A stretch of DNA of 62,732 nucleotides from a virus (lineage: Duplodnaviria > Caudoviricetes): positions 1 to 62,732 of the IMG/VR virus record IMGVR_UViG_3300037458_000922; one strand, given 5' to 3'. Position 1 is the stretch's first letter. Every line of letters starts with the position of its first letter. The translations under genes were made by a program, and so were the position numbers. Positions 1 through 10,532 of this stretch are shown piece after piece. The notes beneath the pieces were generated by a model, which saw only the letters and a program-made list of their open reading frames with translations, was not told where the DNA came from and did not search any database.

Positions 1-35
1 GCAAGCAAGAAGCGGAGATATTTATCTATGATCTT

Positions 36-1712
36 ATGGCGAACAACGTCCTAAGAAAACCGGATGCCCCTATCTCTCAATACCCAAAACGGGTTCAGGA
101 TAAGCTCCCTCTGGGGAAAAGAACTGATGGTAAAGTAGCACAACAGGTTAACCGGTATGCCAATGTCAAGAAAAAAGCATATGCAGACCGGCTAACGAAT
201 CTTACTTTGGCCCACCATAAGCACAATCTTGAAATCTCGGTTGAAGGGGGGTCCAGCAAAGATCTTAAGCAATTTTCGAAGTCCTTTCTTGGTCTGAACA
301 CCGAGATTCTTGATAAGAAAACAACGGACCCGGGGGCCTGGAGAGATAACGTCGTAAACCGAGGAGACTTCCCCATCAAGGGGATGCACACCACGGATGA
401 TGAAATTGGCAAACCCTTCTATGGGACGGCATATTCTGGGTATACGACATCTCCGTCTGCAGAGAGCAACGCTTCTCCGAAAGTAGGCCCACACGATCCA
501 GGGCCACTCCCAGACGATATTCCAAGTGGGGAACGTTGGTCCCCCCCGCATCCGGACTCTCACCCGAATGCTTCGCCTGCTACCTCGGCTCCTCCAGAGG
601 AAAAGGCCGCTAGTGAGCCCTCCAAGAAGGGTAAATTTCATTTCTCTATCCGGGGAAAGAGAGATACCCAAAGGACGTATTCGCGTGCGCACGAAACAGG
701 ACTTCCCCAAGCCACCCGTTATGCTCGACGGCCAGAGCAGCTTCAATCTTGGTTTGATTCGCTGACAACAGCCCAGAAGAGGATGCTTTTTGATCGGACG
801 AAGTACAGCCCGGTCGTAAGCGAAAAGAAGGCTATGGAAAAGGCAGCACAGCTCTATTCTACGAATAACGTAGAAGATATCGCTGTCATCCACAAGTCGC
901 TACAGGAGAAGCTCGAAACGGCTGAAGCCGCTATTAGGAAAGCGGAACTCTTTGACCAGGCGGTTAAAGAGAATTACCGCCGGTTGAAGCTAGTCGCTCC
1001 GAAGAGTGCAGAATTGGCCGAGAAGATTATGAAGAGCGAGGCGGCCCGGGAGCAGACGGCTAAAACAGCTAATAAGCTGTTGGACAACGTGTTCACTTAT
1101 AAAACAAAGAAACTGCAGGTAGGAGACCAGACTGTAACGCAGTTTCTACGCGATGTTAGTGTGCCATTGTTGACAAAAGCAGATTATGAAGTCATTCGTA
1201 TGAATGAACAGATTGCTATGGCCGCTGTTCAAACACAACACCAGTATGGTCGGAAATTCGGAAAGTACAGTACCGTTCTTGCCTTTTTCCGGGACATTAT
1301 TTCCCCTCTAGTCGCTCTCTTCCTTCCCATGGATTCGGCTTCCAAGTCTGAAGCGATGAAGTACGCTCAACAACTATTCGGAGCCCCGTTCTGGACACGG
1401 CTGTACTTCAGCCATATTGAAAAGCCTTTGCCGAAGTACATGGGGTCGGATTCTCCCGTACCTTCAAAAGACACGAAGTTTGGGGCCGCTCAGAAAATGT
1501 CCAATCCGGCAGCTTCTGAAAGAATAATGGGCAAGTTCTATAATGACCCGGCTGGGGTATACTTGCCTCCGAGTAAAGCGGTTCTCCATAGCCGTTCTTA
1601 CCCGACAACAGGGGAACGCTGGGGCCAGGTCCGGGATAAGAAGCTCACCCAGAGGTTCAAAGAACTCGTTGCCCCTAAGAGCGATTGGAGAAAGGGATTC
1701 TCTCGGAGGTAA
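36..1712 (+). CDS. hypothetical protein (basic, Pro-rich linker; possible internal virion protein)
   Basis: 558-aa ORF abutting the next gene; no recognisable motif. Confidence 0.6.
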   Translation: MANNVLRKPDAPISQYPKRVQDKLPLGKRTDGKVAQQVNRYANVKKKAYADRLTNLTLAHHKHNLEISVEGGSSKDLKQFSKSFLGLNTEILDKKTTDPGAWRDNVVNRGDFPIKGMHTTDDEIGKPFYGTAYSGYTTSPSAESNASPKVGPHDPGPLPDDIPSGERWSPPHPDSHPNASPATSAPPEEKAASEPSKKGKFHFSIRGKRDTQRTYSRAHETGLPQATRYARRPEQLQSWFDSLTTAQKRMLFDRTKYSPVVSEKKAMEKAAQLYSTNNVEDIAVIHKSLQEKLETAEAAIRKAELFDQAVKENYRRLKLVAPKSAELAEKIMKSEAAREQTAKTANKLLDNVFTYKTKKLQVGDQTVTQFLRDVSVPLLTKADYEVIRMNEQIAMAAVQTQHQYGRKFGKYSTVLAFFRDIISPLVALFLPMDSASKSEAMKYAQQLFGAPFWTRLYFSHIEKPLPKYMGSDSPVPSKDTKFGAAQKMSNPAASERIMGKFYNDPAGVYLPPSKAVLHSRSYPTTGERWGQVRDKKLTQRFKELVAPKSDWRKGFSRR

Positions 1713-1713
1713 A

Positions 1714-3195
1714 ATGGCCCAGACAATGCTACGGAAACAGCCAGCCACCCGGGCTCCCTTCGGAAATGCGAAGGACGCTTCGTGGGGGGATAACAACCCA
1801 AATGGGGACCTTTTCCTCAAGGGCTATTGGCTTAACCCGAATACGAAAATCCAGGTAGAAATTCCTGTTCTCCCCCATGCTTTCGAACCAACCTTGAAGC
1901 AAACGGACACGGAGATCAAGCGGAATATCGAGTACCGGTCGATTACGCTTCCCCCGTTGTCTGTACTACGCGCTCATGGGCTTGAGGTAGAACGCGCTGC
2001 AGTTATCACTGAAGTTCTTGTGAACGATAGACACATTCGTAACTATAACTTCTTCCGAGGAGATTTCCCGGCTATGGTCAAGGGAATCGCCCGGAGGGAC
2101 AACGTTCTTTTGATCTTCCCCGCAACCGACATGCCTTCAGCACGCCTCAAAAGGAAGAAAGTATTGGGTTTGTGGCGGTTGATCTTCGCCCCCCTTTTCC
2201 TTGGAGGGAAGCACTACTATTCTGGGCGGCTGGGGATGTTCATGGCGGGGCCGCCTGAGGTGCTACGCCGTTATAGGACCGCCTTTAATCTCCATACAGA
2301 GGAGAAAGAGGTTGATCGTCAGAGTCTCATGGAATGGCATCCTGCCGTCGATAGGGTTAGGCCCCCTCGGAAGCGTGGCCCACGCCCCGCGTATACCCGC
2401 GAACAACAGCGGATTTCGGCAGAAGTGATTGCTGAAGCCTCGATGCGGTTAAAGCAGGACCTGTTCCCGATTCTTTCGGACAAGATCGACCTAAACAAGA
2501 CTTCCCCAGAGGCCCGAGAGCTGGAAGCATGGCTCGGGGCTCCTTCTACGAGTCGAGAGCTTTTGCGTAGAACCGATAAGGGGGGCAAGGGGGCTATTCG
2601 CACTTGGGTTAGTCAGGTTCTTGTCCCGAAGGTTAAGTATATTGTTAAGGACGAGGCTAGTATCGCCGCCGAGCACCTCGGGCGCTGGGTTATCCGCCAG
2701 ATGTTGGGGGCTTCGGTAGCGATGATCATCGACTCGTTGCAGCAGACTAAAATGGCGCAAGCAGAGAAGCCGGGCTTCTTCGGCCGGACTGTTCAAAAGC
2801 TAAACTATTCTCCTGGGGCGGACCCCTTTGTAGTGGGCTCCACGGCGATGCATTATCGCCAGGGGAGTTCAAAAAGTCTGCAAGAGGGTGATCTTGCTAA
2901 GATCATGCGGTATGTCCAACAGCTCTATGTCATGAAGACAGGGGACTATGCGGCGGATATTTCGCAAGTATTCAAGATCGTAGTTGACCCCAGAAGCACA
3001 GCTCTTCTGAAGATATCTCTCGCCAAAGAGCACATGAAAGCGATGGCTCAAATGACTCCGAAGATGCTCGGTCAATTCGCAACCGAAAAGAAGCTGAACC
3101 TACCCTATTGCCAGTACATCGAGAGGTCGATTATCCCACAGATTGAATCCGAGACCGCCCAGTGGTATAGAAGTTCTGCCGAGGATATATATTAA
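1714..3195 (+). CDS. hypothetical protein
   Basis: ATG at 1714 follows GGAGGT SD and the upstream stop, so the start was moved from the 1543 of the ORF track. Confidence 0.65.
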   Translation: MAQTMLRKQPATRAPFGNAKDASWGDNNPNGDLFLKGYWLNPNTKIQVEIPVLPHAFEPTLKQTDTEIKRNIEYRSITLPPLSVLRAHGLEVERAAVITEVLVNDRHIRNYNFFRGDFPAMVKGIARRDNVLLIFPATDMPSARLKRKKVLGLWRLIFAPLFLGGKHYYSGRLGMFMAGPPEVLRRYRTAFNLHTEEKEVDRQSLMEWHPAVDRVRPPRKRGPRPAYTREQQRISAEVIAEASMRLKQDLFPILSDKIDLNKTSPEARELEAWLGAPSTSRELLRRTDKGGKGAIRTWVSQVLVPKVKYIVKDEASIAAEHLGRWVIRQMLGASVAMIIDSLQQTKMAQAEKPGFFGRTVQKLNYSPGADPFVVGSTAMHYRQGSSKSLQEGDLAKIMRYVQQLYVMKTGDYAADISQVFKIVVDPRSTALLKISLAKEHMKAMAQMTPKMLGQFATEKKLNLPYCQYIERSIIPQIESETAQWYRSSAEDIY

Positions 3196-3197
3196 CG

Positions 3198-3926
3198 ATG
3201 CACCCAGAGCAGGAGCAAGAAATCCGCGTTATCGCCGAAGAGATGGACCAGTTGGCTCTTTCTCTTTGCAAACATTACGGCATTGACGAGGATGAGGGGC
3301 TGGATATCGTTCGCGAACTCCCGGGGCTCGTTGGTAAGCTTCAGGATAGAGACTATGCAGGACTTGTCCAAGAGGCTGCCAAACGGATCAGGAGACCGAA
3401 AAACCTTAAATTCGATGCTCCGGACCCCGATGAGAAGTATCCGTTTCATCCGAAGTTTCGGCCTAGGGTGACGACCCCTACTACATTTAACGAGCATTTT
3501 TCCCAAGCAGCGAAGCCTTACATCGTTGCTGTTATGCGCCGTATTGCGAAAGACCGTAATCTCGAAGAGCCTGATGCCAAGACTATTCAGGCTGTTATAG
3601 ATAACATAGACTGGGCCAAAGCGGCGTATGAGGCTCGTAGTCTACCCGAGAACCCTACCAAGCAGCAGCTAAAGCGGGTGATGAAAAAGCTTTGGGCTCC
3701 TGTGGAAAAGGTACTGGATATCGTGCCTTTCGAATGGGCATGGCATGCTCTTCTGGGGACTGCCGTAGCTATCTATTTCTTCAAAATGCTGAAGGGGGCC
3801 TTTGACCCGGACGATAAGGCTAGTGTAATCTATAAGATCATGGATAAGGGCTTTAACGTCTACGCTCGCTACAAGAATAGACAACCTGTAAAACAACAGT
3901 ACAAAGGTTTTCGTAACTGGCGATGA
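3198..3926 (+). CDS. hypothetical protein with C-terminal hydrophobic segment
   Basis: 242-aa ORF, GAGG SD; hydrophobic stretch WAWHALLGTAVAIYFF. Confidence 0.6.
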   Translation: MHPEQEQEIRVIAEEMDQLALSLCKHYGIDEDEGLDIVRELPGLVGKLQDRDYAGLVQEAAKRIRRPKNLKFDAPDPDEKYPFHPKFRPRVTTPTTFNEHFSQAAKPYIVAVMRRIAKDRNLEEPDAKTIQAVIDNIDWAKAAYEARSLPENPTKQQLKRVMKKLWAPVEKVLDIVPFEWAWHALLGTAVAIYFFKMLKGAFDPDDKASVIYKIMDKGFNVYARYKNRQPVKQQYKGFRNWR

Positions 3927-4336
3927 GTCTTCGTAAACAGCGTACCATGCTCAAACTAACTGAGCTGAAGATTTCTCCTGAAATTAGGAAGACATTAGTT
4001 GAAAGTATACTCAACAAACAATCATCTCCACTACGGTTATATGCGTGGGATATAACCTATAAGGATACCGCCCAAGAAGCCTTTTTCACTAAGAATGACG
4101 CGATCAAGGACTGGTATACGGCACAGCGAATATGGGAACAGGAAAGGGAATGCCCAGGGGTTCTCCTATACTCTTGGGAACTCCCCCCTGCTGAATTAAC
4201 GAAGTATATCCAGAACGGAAAAGTGGCCAAAATTCCCCTCAGTGAGAACTGCCAAAAAGAGATCGTTACCCCACCTAAAAACTTCCACCAAGACATGCAG
4301 CAAACGGTGAAACCACGAAGCCTGAAAAAGCAGTAG
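3923..4336 (+). CDS. hypothetical protein
   Basis: ATGA overlap with the upstream gene; 137 aa. Confidence 0.55.
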   Translation: MSLRKQRTMLKLTELKISPEIRKTLVESILNKQSSPLRLYAWDITYKDTAQEAFFTKNDAIKDWYTAQRIWEQERECPGVLLYSWELPPAELTKYIQNGKVAKIPLSENCQKEIVTPPKNFHQDMQQTVKPRSLKKQ

Positions 4337-4432
4337 TGATCCCCAATATGTGTACCTCCAACTAGCTTATTGGTTGACTGGGAACTGGTGTAAACCACCG
4401 GATTAACAACAACATCATTTAGGAGGTATAGA

Positions 4433-4705
4433 ATGGGTTACCCGAACATGGATCTCCAGAGCCTACCGAGCAGCATTGAGCTTCGTGTAGGTACTGACCA
4501 GGCGGAGAGGGCTCTCCAGCTTGCGTACTATCAGGTCTGGGCCGGAATTCAGGCTTTGAACATCATCGATGATCTTGGTCTTCGCCCGGACGTTGTAGTG
4601 GCCGCAGGAGACGAGGCGAGCTTCGACACCGCCCTGGACAATCTGCTGACTGACCTTGTGGCTGCAATGGTTCACTTTGACGAGATTTGGTCTTACGTTC
4701 CGTAA
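4433..4705 (+). CDS. small acidic hypothetical protein (possible head-associated protein)
   Basis: Strong TAGGAGGT SD; lies just upstream of the head genes. Confidence 0.65.
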   Translation: MGYPNMDLQSLPSSIELRVGTDQAERALQLAYYQVWAGIQALNIIDDLGLRPDVVVAAGDEASFDTALDNLLTDLVAAMVHFDEIWSYVP

Positions 4706-4715
4706 GGATAGATAA

Positions 4716-5081
4716 GTGCAACCTCGTCGTCTGATCGGTGCTCAAATTATCCCAGGGAAATCTATTTCTAGATTCCACCTCGCGGTAGAAAATTCGATGC
4801 TCCCGGATTCGGCGACGGAACTGCATGTTTCACACTACCCCGATGGAAATATTAATGCTGCCGCCCAGTGGTATAACGTCTACGGTCATCCGACCGAATT
4901 CGATTTTGCTCTGTTGCGGGAAGCCCTAAATATCGATGAGGAAGACTGGCGTATTCTTGACCATATTCTGGGGAGTTATCGCTGGGCTATGTATGAGCAC
5001 GCCGAAGATCCGAATCGAGCCAAAATCCGTGTAGATGTCCTGGCTATGAAGGCTAGGGAATGGACTACGACGTATTTTTAG
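4716..5081 (+). CDS. hypothetical protein
   Basis: GTG start after AAGGA; fills the gap before the protease. Confidence 0.55.
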   Translation: MQPRRLIGAQIIPGKSISRFHLAVENSMLPDSATELHVSHYPDGNINAAAQWYNVYGHPTEFDFALLREALNIDEEDWRILDHILGSYRWAMYEHAEDPNRAKIRVDVLAMKAREWTTTYF

Positions 5082-5091
5082 GAGACCTCTG

Positions 5092-6579
5092 ATGAACGAC
5101 TTAATCGAAGTCATGCCCTTCCAGTATCAGGTTGTAGAATCTGATAATGGTGGGTTTCGCGTCGAAGGTGTTTTTCAGCGGTCAGACGTAGAAAATGCGA
5201 ACAAGCGGGTTTACCCCCGCAGTATTTGGGAGAAACAGCTTCAAAACCCAGATATCATCGAGAGCATTAACAGCAGGTCGATGTACGGAGAGCTGGATCA
5301 CCCCGCAGACGGTAAGACCAAACTTCAAAGAGTGGCTCATCTTATTACTGGTCTCGAACTCAACGAGGACGGGACTGTGACTGGCTCGGCGGAAATTCTG
5401 CCCACTCCTAATGGCCAAATTCTTCGGGCGCTCTTCGAATCGGGCGCTCAGGTTGGCATCAGTTCCCGAGGCTCGGGGAGTGTCCAGAATGGCCGTGTTC
5501 AGGAGGACTTCAAGCTTAGTACTTTTGATTTCGTAGCGCGACCGTCTACTCCGGGAGCGCTCCCCCGTCCATCGGGGGGATTCAAAGGAAGCCGACACGA
5601 AGAAGTTGAAGATGCTCATGTTTCTGTCATTGAAGACGATGACGAGATGGCAACCCCTGAGGTTGAGGCCATCCTGGCAGAACTGAACAAACTTCCCCTA
5701 TTCGAAGACGCTTCCGGGAGAGACTTCAACGAGGTAGCTCGTGATGTCATCAATTTGTACAACGCTGTTCAAGATGAGGATCTCCTTGTTGACTCAGAGG
5801 TTATCCAGGCTATTGCGGAAGATACTCTAGAGTTAGACCAAGAACTTCTACGTTTGGCAGCGAATAACCCGAAGTATCAGGCTGTGGTTTCGGATTTGTT
5901 AGACAAAGTTGAAGGCACTAGACAGACCGCTATCAAGCGGTTTTCGACCAATAACACCGAGGAGGAAAGATCTATGAACAGCAGACTAGAGTTTATCGCA
6001 CAGCGTCTGCAGGAGCACGATGAAGCTGGAATGGACGAGGTCGAGACTCTCCGCCAGCAGCTAGATGAGCTGTCGGATGACGAGCTTATCGAGGTGGCTC
6101 TTGAAGCAGGCGTTATCGAACTTGACGAGGACGAAGGGGATGCCGAAGAAGTGACCCCGGAAGACCTCTACGACTACATTGAGGGCCTAGAGGGAGAACT
6201 GGAAGAGGCAACTGAACTGATTCAGAACCTGGCCGCTCGCCTAGAGGAGTCCGAAGATGTGGATGATCTGTCGCTGAAGTACGAGACCGCGCTGAACATC
6301 ATCCAGGACACCGTGAATCGCTACCAGTTCTTGGCTGAGGCCGTTGGTGGTGAGGACAAGGCTCAGTCGTTGATGGAAGCCTATCTCCAGCGGATGGAGA
6401 AGAGCCTTGAGGGCTCAGACGTTACTGAGGGCGACCTGAATGAGGATGCCTCAGAAGTCGCGGATATCGAGAAACTGCTTGGCAGCAACGGTAACGATGA
6501 GGGATCTGTCGAAGACAAGAAAATGGCACGTTATCAGGAGCTTTCTGAGGCGGCCATTGAGCGTCTCGGACTAAACTAA
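5092..6579 (+). CDS. gp21: prohead protease (T4 gp21-like) fused to an acidic coiled-coil scaffold domain
   Basis: Motifs GVFQRSDVENANKRVYP, GELDHP, GISSRGSG, TFDFVARPS; long Glu/Asp-rich helical C-terminus; directly before the capsid gene. Confidence 0.9.
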   Translation: MNDLIEVMPFQYQVVESDNGGFRVEGVFQRSDVENANKRVYPRSIWEKQLQNPDIIESINSRSMYGELDHPADGKTKLQRVAHLITGLELNEDGTVTGSAEILPTPNGQILRALFESGAQVGISSRGSGSVQNGRVQEDFKLSTFDFVARPSTPGALPRPSGGFKGSRHEEVEDAHVSVIEDDDEMATPEVEAILAELNKLPLFEDASGRDFNEVARDVINLYNAVQDEDLLVDSEVIQAIAEDTLELDQELLRLAANNPKYQAVVSDLLDKVEGTRQTAIKRFSTNNTEEERSMNSRLEFIAQRLQEHDEAGMDEVETLRQQLDELSDDELIEVALEAGVIELDEDEGDAEEVTPEDLYDYIEGLEGELEEATELIQNLAARLEESEDVDDLSLKYETALNIIQDTVNRYQFLAEAVGGEDKAQSLMEAYLQRMEKSLEGSDVTEGDLNEDASEVADIEKLLGSNGNDEGSVEDKKMARYQELSEAAIERLGLN

Positions 6580-6592
6580 GGGAGGCTATGAT

Positions 6593-7954
6593 ATGGCTGC
6601 TCAGGAAATTCGTGCTATGGGAGCAAAGGGGAAGGCTCTTGCAGAAGGCAAGTGGCGTCCGCTAGTCGAGTCTATTGATGACCAGGCTACCCGGGAGCTG
6701 ACTGCTATTCTTCTGGAGAACGAAGACTCTTTTATCAGTAACATGGAAGAGGATGTTCGGATTCAGAACATCGGTTCTTTCGAAAAGTTCGTGTTTCCGA
6801 TCGTGCGTGCGGTGTTCCCGAACCTTATCGCGAAGGATATCGTTTCGGTTCAGCCCATGACCGGTCCAACCTCGTTGGTGTTCTATCTAGACGCCGTTTA
6901 CGGCACGGATAAGGGCACCATCTCGGCGGGTGATACGATGTTCAGTGCTCGTAAGGGCCACCTTGCGGACGATCAGTATTCGTCCGAGGCCATTACGGGG
7001 GAGTCGCAGGGGACCTCGCTGGCCCAAGTCGGGCAGAGTGGTACTCTGTCTTTCGGTTCGGCCCGTCCAGGAACTGTGTCGATTGCCATTGCTAAGGCAG
7101 GTGGGACTATCACTGCTCGGGACAATGGTGTTGGTGGGTTCAGTGGTACTGGTGTGGCTTCGGGTACCATCAACTACGCTACTGGCGCGTGGACTCTGAC
7201 CCTTGACGCTAGCCCGGGTACTGTGGCGATGACCGCCAACTATTACTACAACTCGGAAGGAAGCGCACATATCCCAATCGTGGACATCAACCTGTCCAGC
7301 GTGCCGGTGCGAGCAATTCCTAACAAGTTGCGTGCCCGGTGGTCGGTTGAAGCTTCCACCAACCTCAAGGCCGTTCATGGTATGGACGCCGAGAGTGAGC
7401 TGGTGGCGCTTCTGTCTGAGAAGATTCGGTGGGACATCGACCGGCGAATCCTCAGCGACCTGTTCACCATCGCAAGCGCAGGATCGGTGACTTGGAACAA
7501 ACCGGCTCCGGCGGCGGTGTCTTATAACGACCACAAGCAGACCTTTATCGATGCTCTTATCGAGGCATCGAACCTGATCTTCCGGGCAACTCGTCGGGGG
7601 ACTGGTAACTTCGTGGTTTGCGGAACCAACGTGGCCAACGTTGTCGAGTCGCTGTACGGGTTCCATCCCGCAGCCGTGGCTGGTAACGGTGTGGTTTTCG
7701 TTGGTACCCTCCAGGGTCGGTGGTCGATCTATAAGGACCCGTACATGGATGCGGATACCTTCCTCGTTGGTTGGAAGGGCAATAGCTTCCTTGAGGCCGG
7801 GTATGTGTTTGCGCCGTACGTGCCGCTGTACACTACCCCGACCTACGTGCTGGATGACATGCTCAATCGTAAGGGCATGATGTCCCAGTACGGGACTAAG
7901 GCGATAAACGGGGACTTCTACGCCACGGGAACCGTCACCTATAACGTGGTCTAG
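6593..7954 (+). CDS. gp23: major capsid protein (T4 gp23-like)
   Basis: Motifs VSVQPMTGPTSLVFYL, KLRARWS.EA..LKAVHG.DAE.EL, AGYVFAPYVPL, KGMMSQYG. Confidence 0.95.
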   Translation: MAAQEIRAMGAKGKALAEGKWRPLVESIDDQATRELTAILLENEDSFISNMEEDVRIQNIGSFEKFVFPIVRAVFPNLIAKDIVSVQPMTGPTSLVFYLDAVYGTDKGTISAGDTMFSARKGHLADDQYSSEAITGESQGTSLAQVGQSGTLSFGSARPGTVSIAIAKAGGTITARDNGVGGFSGTGVASGTINYATGAWTLTLDASPGTVAMTANYYYNSEGSAHIPIVDINLSSVPVRAIPNKLRARWSVEASTNLKAVHGMDAESELVALLSEKIRWDIDRRILSDLFTIASAGSVTWNKPAPAAVSYNDHKQTFIDALIEASNLIFRATRRGTGNFVVCGTNVANVVESLYGFHPAAVAGNGVVFVGTLQGRWSIYKDPYMDADTFLVGWKGNSFLEAGYVFAPYVPLYTTPTYVLDDMLNRKGMMSQYGTKAINGDFYATGTVTYNVV

Positions 7955-7978
7955 GCATAAACGCTAAATCCTAACAAC

Positions 7979-8016
7979 AAGGCCCTCAGCTACATGCTGG
8001 GGGCCTTGTATTTATT
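7979..8016 (+). terminator. intrinsic terminator after the capsid gene
   Basis: AAGGCCCTCAGC-TACAT-GCTGGGGGCCTT hairpin followed by a T-rich tail. Confidence 0.7.
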
Positions 8017-8034
8017 AGTAGATTGGAGGCCGAA

Positions 8035-8739
8035 ATGGCAACAAAGAAACTGTTCAAGTACATTGGGCGTGTTCCAACCAATGTGTGTTGGAATGGCGTC
8101 TCGTTCCCTCTGGCGATGGGGGATATTATTAAGTGCTACCCGGAGTTTATCGCTGCCTTTATCCCCGCGCAACTTTACCGCGAGGTGGAGACTGGGGTAC
8201 CCCGGCATGAGTTCAATAGATCCCCCTTCTTCCTGAGGCCCGATCCAACTGGCGGGCTCCCGATGCGTTCGGACCCGACAGCGGGACCACGCCTGAAGGA
8301 CAGGATCTGGTCCCCTGCGGTCATTGACGAGATTATTGACAACCCCTATGACCTGGGAGGAGACCCCAAGCTGGAGATCTCTACTGCAGAATCTATCCCC
8401 GCTCCCCCAGAAGAGGTTGTGCCCGTTGGGACGACTGCGGTAGAAGAGACCACTGTTGAGGAAACCGTCGTCGAGGTGACTGAAACAGCGGTGGAAGAGA
8501 CCATAGTTGAAATGGCTGAGTTGCAGGTACACCAAGATCTAGCTCCGACTCGGACAGAGCTTCGGAAAAAGCTGGTAGACGAGCTGCGTTCTTTGGTTTA
8601 CGAAGTTCGCGAAGCTGGGTGCCCGCTAAACCCTGAAAAGCTCGATACCTTCAACGAAATCAATGATGACACTTCGAAGGGGATTCTCTTCTCAGCGCTT
8701 TGGGAGTACTACGGTTACGACAACGCCGAAGGAGAGTAA
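8035..8739 (+). CDS. hypothetical protein with E/T/V-rich linker
   Basis: GGAGG SD before ATG 8035; low-complexity VEETTVEETVVE stretch. Confidence 0.65.
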   Translation: MATKKLFKYIGRVPTNVCWNGVSFPLAMGDIIKCYPEFIAAFIPAQLYREVETGVPRHEFNRSPFFLRPDPTGGLPMRSDPTAGPRLKDRIWSPAVIDEIIDNPYDLGGDPKLEISTAESIPAPPEEVVPVGTTAVEETTVEETVVEVTETAVEETIVEMAELQVHQDLAPTRTELRKKLVDELRSLVYEVREAGCPLNPEKLDTFNEINDDTSKGILFSALWEYYGYDNAEGE

Positions 8740-8742
8740 ACT

Positions 8743-9465
8743 ATGCCGACTCCTAGCCAATTTGATGAGGGGTTCATCATAGACTGGGTCCGTAAGAAGC
8801 TGGGGGACCCCACTGTTTGTGTCGAGTTAGACGAGACAACTTTCACCCAGAATATTGACGATACACTGGAGCTGTTCCAGAAATACCAACCCAAGCTCAT
8901 ATATGACTCGAAGCAATATGACCGGGGCCGGTATTTGATCGAAAAACCCCAAGAAGATGCTATTGGCGTCCTTGACGTAGAATTTTCTCGGGCAGATTAC
9001 ACTTCGTACGAAAATATAGAAGGGGCGCTTTTATACGACCCCTTCTACTTTTTGTCTGCCGGTGGGATCAGTGGCCTAGACGTGACGACATACGACTTGG
9101 TGAGACACTGGACAGAAGTCATAAGCCGCGAATTCGGGGCGGAAGAGGGGTATGTCCTTTTAGACGATGGCCGTGTGTTTATCCAGTGCCCAGGCATTAT
9201 GAATGTTACGATTATTTGGTCTGTTCCTTACGAAGGGCTGTGTGATGTAAGAAGGGCGTATTATCTACTATTTCAACAGATTGTTTTGGCCAAATCCCGG
9301 CAGATATTGGGTAATATCCGGGCAAAGTACGCTGGAGTCCCCGCTGCTGGGGGAGTAGTTCAAATGGACGGGGAGTTCATGCGGCAGAAAGGGGCAGAAG
9401 AAGAGGAAAAATACGTGGATGAATTAGTCCGTTCTTGCCCGTTCTACATTCCGTCTCTGGGGTAA
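8743..9465 (+). CDS. gp13: neck protein (T4 gp13-like head-tail adaptor)
   Basis: N-terminal IDWVRKKLGDP.VCVELD and C-terminal LG.IRAKY.GVP..GG.VQMDG are typical of gp13; synteny. Confidence 0.8.
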   Translation: MPTPSQFDEGFIIDWVRKKLGDPTVCVELDETTFTQNIDDTLELFQKYQPKLIYDSKQYDRGRYLIEKPQEDAIGVLDVEFSRADYTSYENIEGALLYDPFYFLSAGGISGLDVTTYDLVRHWTEVISREFGAEEGYVLLDDGRVFIQCPGIMNVTIIWSVPYEGLCDVRRAYYLLFQQIVLAKSRQILGNIRAKYAGVPAAGGVVQMDGEFMRQKGAEEEEKYVDELVRSCPFYIPSLG

Positions 9466-9468
9466 CTT

Positions 9469-9975
9469 ATGCCGCTGTTTTCTTGCACAAAAGACCGGGC
9501 TCTTTTAGAGCAAATCAACAAGGAAATGTATCAACTATACATGCAGAAAATTGACGTGTATAAGCTGCATTTCAGGACAGAGACTTTTGATCTGCTCTAC
9601 CACGAAGATCTTAACCGGGACATCGAAGAGGAACCTACCTATTCGGTGGCCGGGTACGCTAATGTGGCGGATAATGGGACCGCTAATTTGTATAAGCAGG
9701 GGCAGCAACTTGACCGTATGCTTTTCGTCTATATGGGGCGTAAAGACTTAGAGGACGCCTTGTTAGGGTTAGGGCTTGACAAATACCGAGACGTACCTAC
9801 TGACGGGGACGTTATTCGTCTTCAGGACGGTTTTTGGGAAGTCATTACGGTAGACCCCGAGGGATACCACATGAATGACAGGAACCATCCTTTTGACTTT
9901 CAATTTTTGGTAGTTCCGTGGCAAAGAAAAGGAACACCAAAGACGGAAATTGAAAAGCCTTTTCGCAGGTATTAA
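9469..9975 (+). CDS. neck/head-closure protein (gp14-like)
   Basis: Follows the gp13-like gene; P.DGDVI...G.WEV pattern. Confidence 0.6.
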   Translation: MPLFSCTKDRALLEQINKEMYQLYMQKIDVYKLHFRTETFDLLYHEDLNRDIEEEPTYSVAGYANVADNGTANLYKQGQQLDRMLFVYMGRKDLEDALLGLGLDKYRDVPTDGDVIRLQDGFWEVITVDPEGYHMNDRNHPFDFQFLVVPWQRKGTPKTEIEKPFRRY

Positions 9976-10532
9976 TGGCTCATCGCTTTCGTATTTTCGC
10001 TAAATCCAAAAAAGCCCTTACGGGGGCTTTTAAGCTTTTTCGAATTCCATTCTTCCAGAAAGAAAAAGCGAGTATGGAGGCCCGCCAGGACCTTAATGCA
10101 AACCCCATGTTCTTGTCTATAAAGGGGGTTAGCCGAGATATGGCGGAAGAGTTCGCTGATGACCTCAAGACTATTCTTTCCCGCCAACTCATCTCTTGGG
10201 TTCCGCTAAGCACGAAGTACGCTATGAAAAAGCGGCAACTCGGGCTGGACCCTAGAATCCTGATAGCCACAGGCCGCTATGTGGCAGCCATCGCTCCTGT
10301 TCAGAACCCAGATGGGTCCTGGACAGTGGCGGTCCCGGACGAGCCACTTCGTGCTGGGAGTAAGCACACGCTCAAGGACTTAGCCCGCTGGTTAGAGTAC
10401 GGAACCCGAACAATGCCCGCTCGCCCTCATTGGCGTCCTGCCATGCAAATATGGCGAACAAAGATTTATCAAGTAAGGCGACGTGTGCGGCACGATATCG
10501 CTAAAGAGTTGAAAAAGGCCGGGTTTAAATGA
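9975..10532 (+). CDS. HK97-gp10-like neck/tail-completion protein
   Basis: WLEYGTRTMPARPHWRPA motif. Confidence 0.7.
   Translation: MAHRFRIFAKSKKALTGAFKLFRIPFFQKEKASMEARQDLNANPMFLSIKGVSRDMAEEFADDLKTILSRQLISWVPLSTKYAMKKRQLGLDPRILIATGRYVAAIAPVQNPDGSWTVAVPDEPLRAGSKHTLKDLARWLEYGTRTMPARPHWRPAMQIWRTKIYQVRRRVRHDIAKELKKAGFK

Noticed and set aside
6887-7666. Long antisense ORFs (also 40219-41160, 45047-45748, 54370-55086, 60743-61450)
   Set aside because: Shadows of well-supported + strand genes; no motifs or ribosome-binding sites
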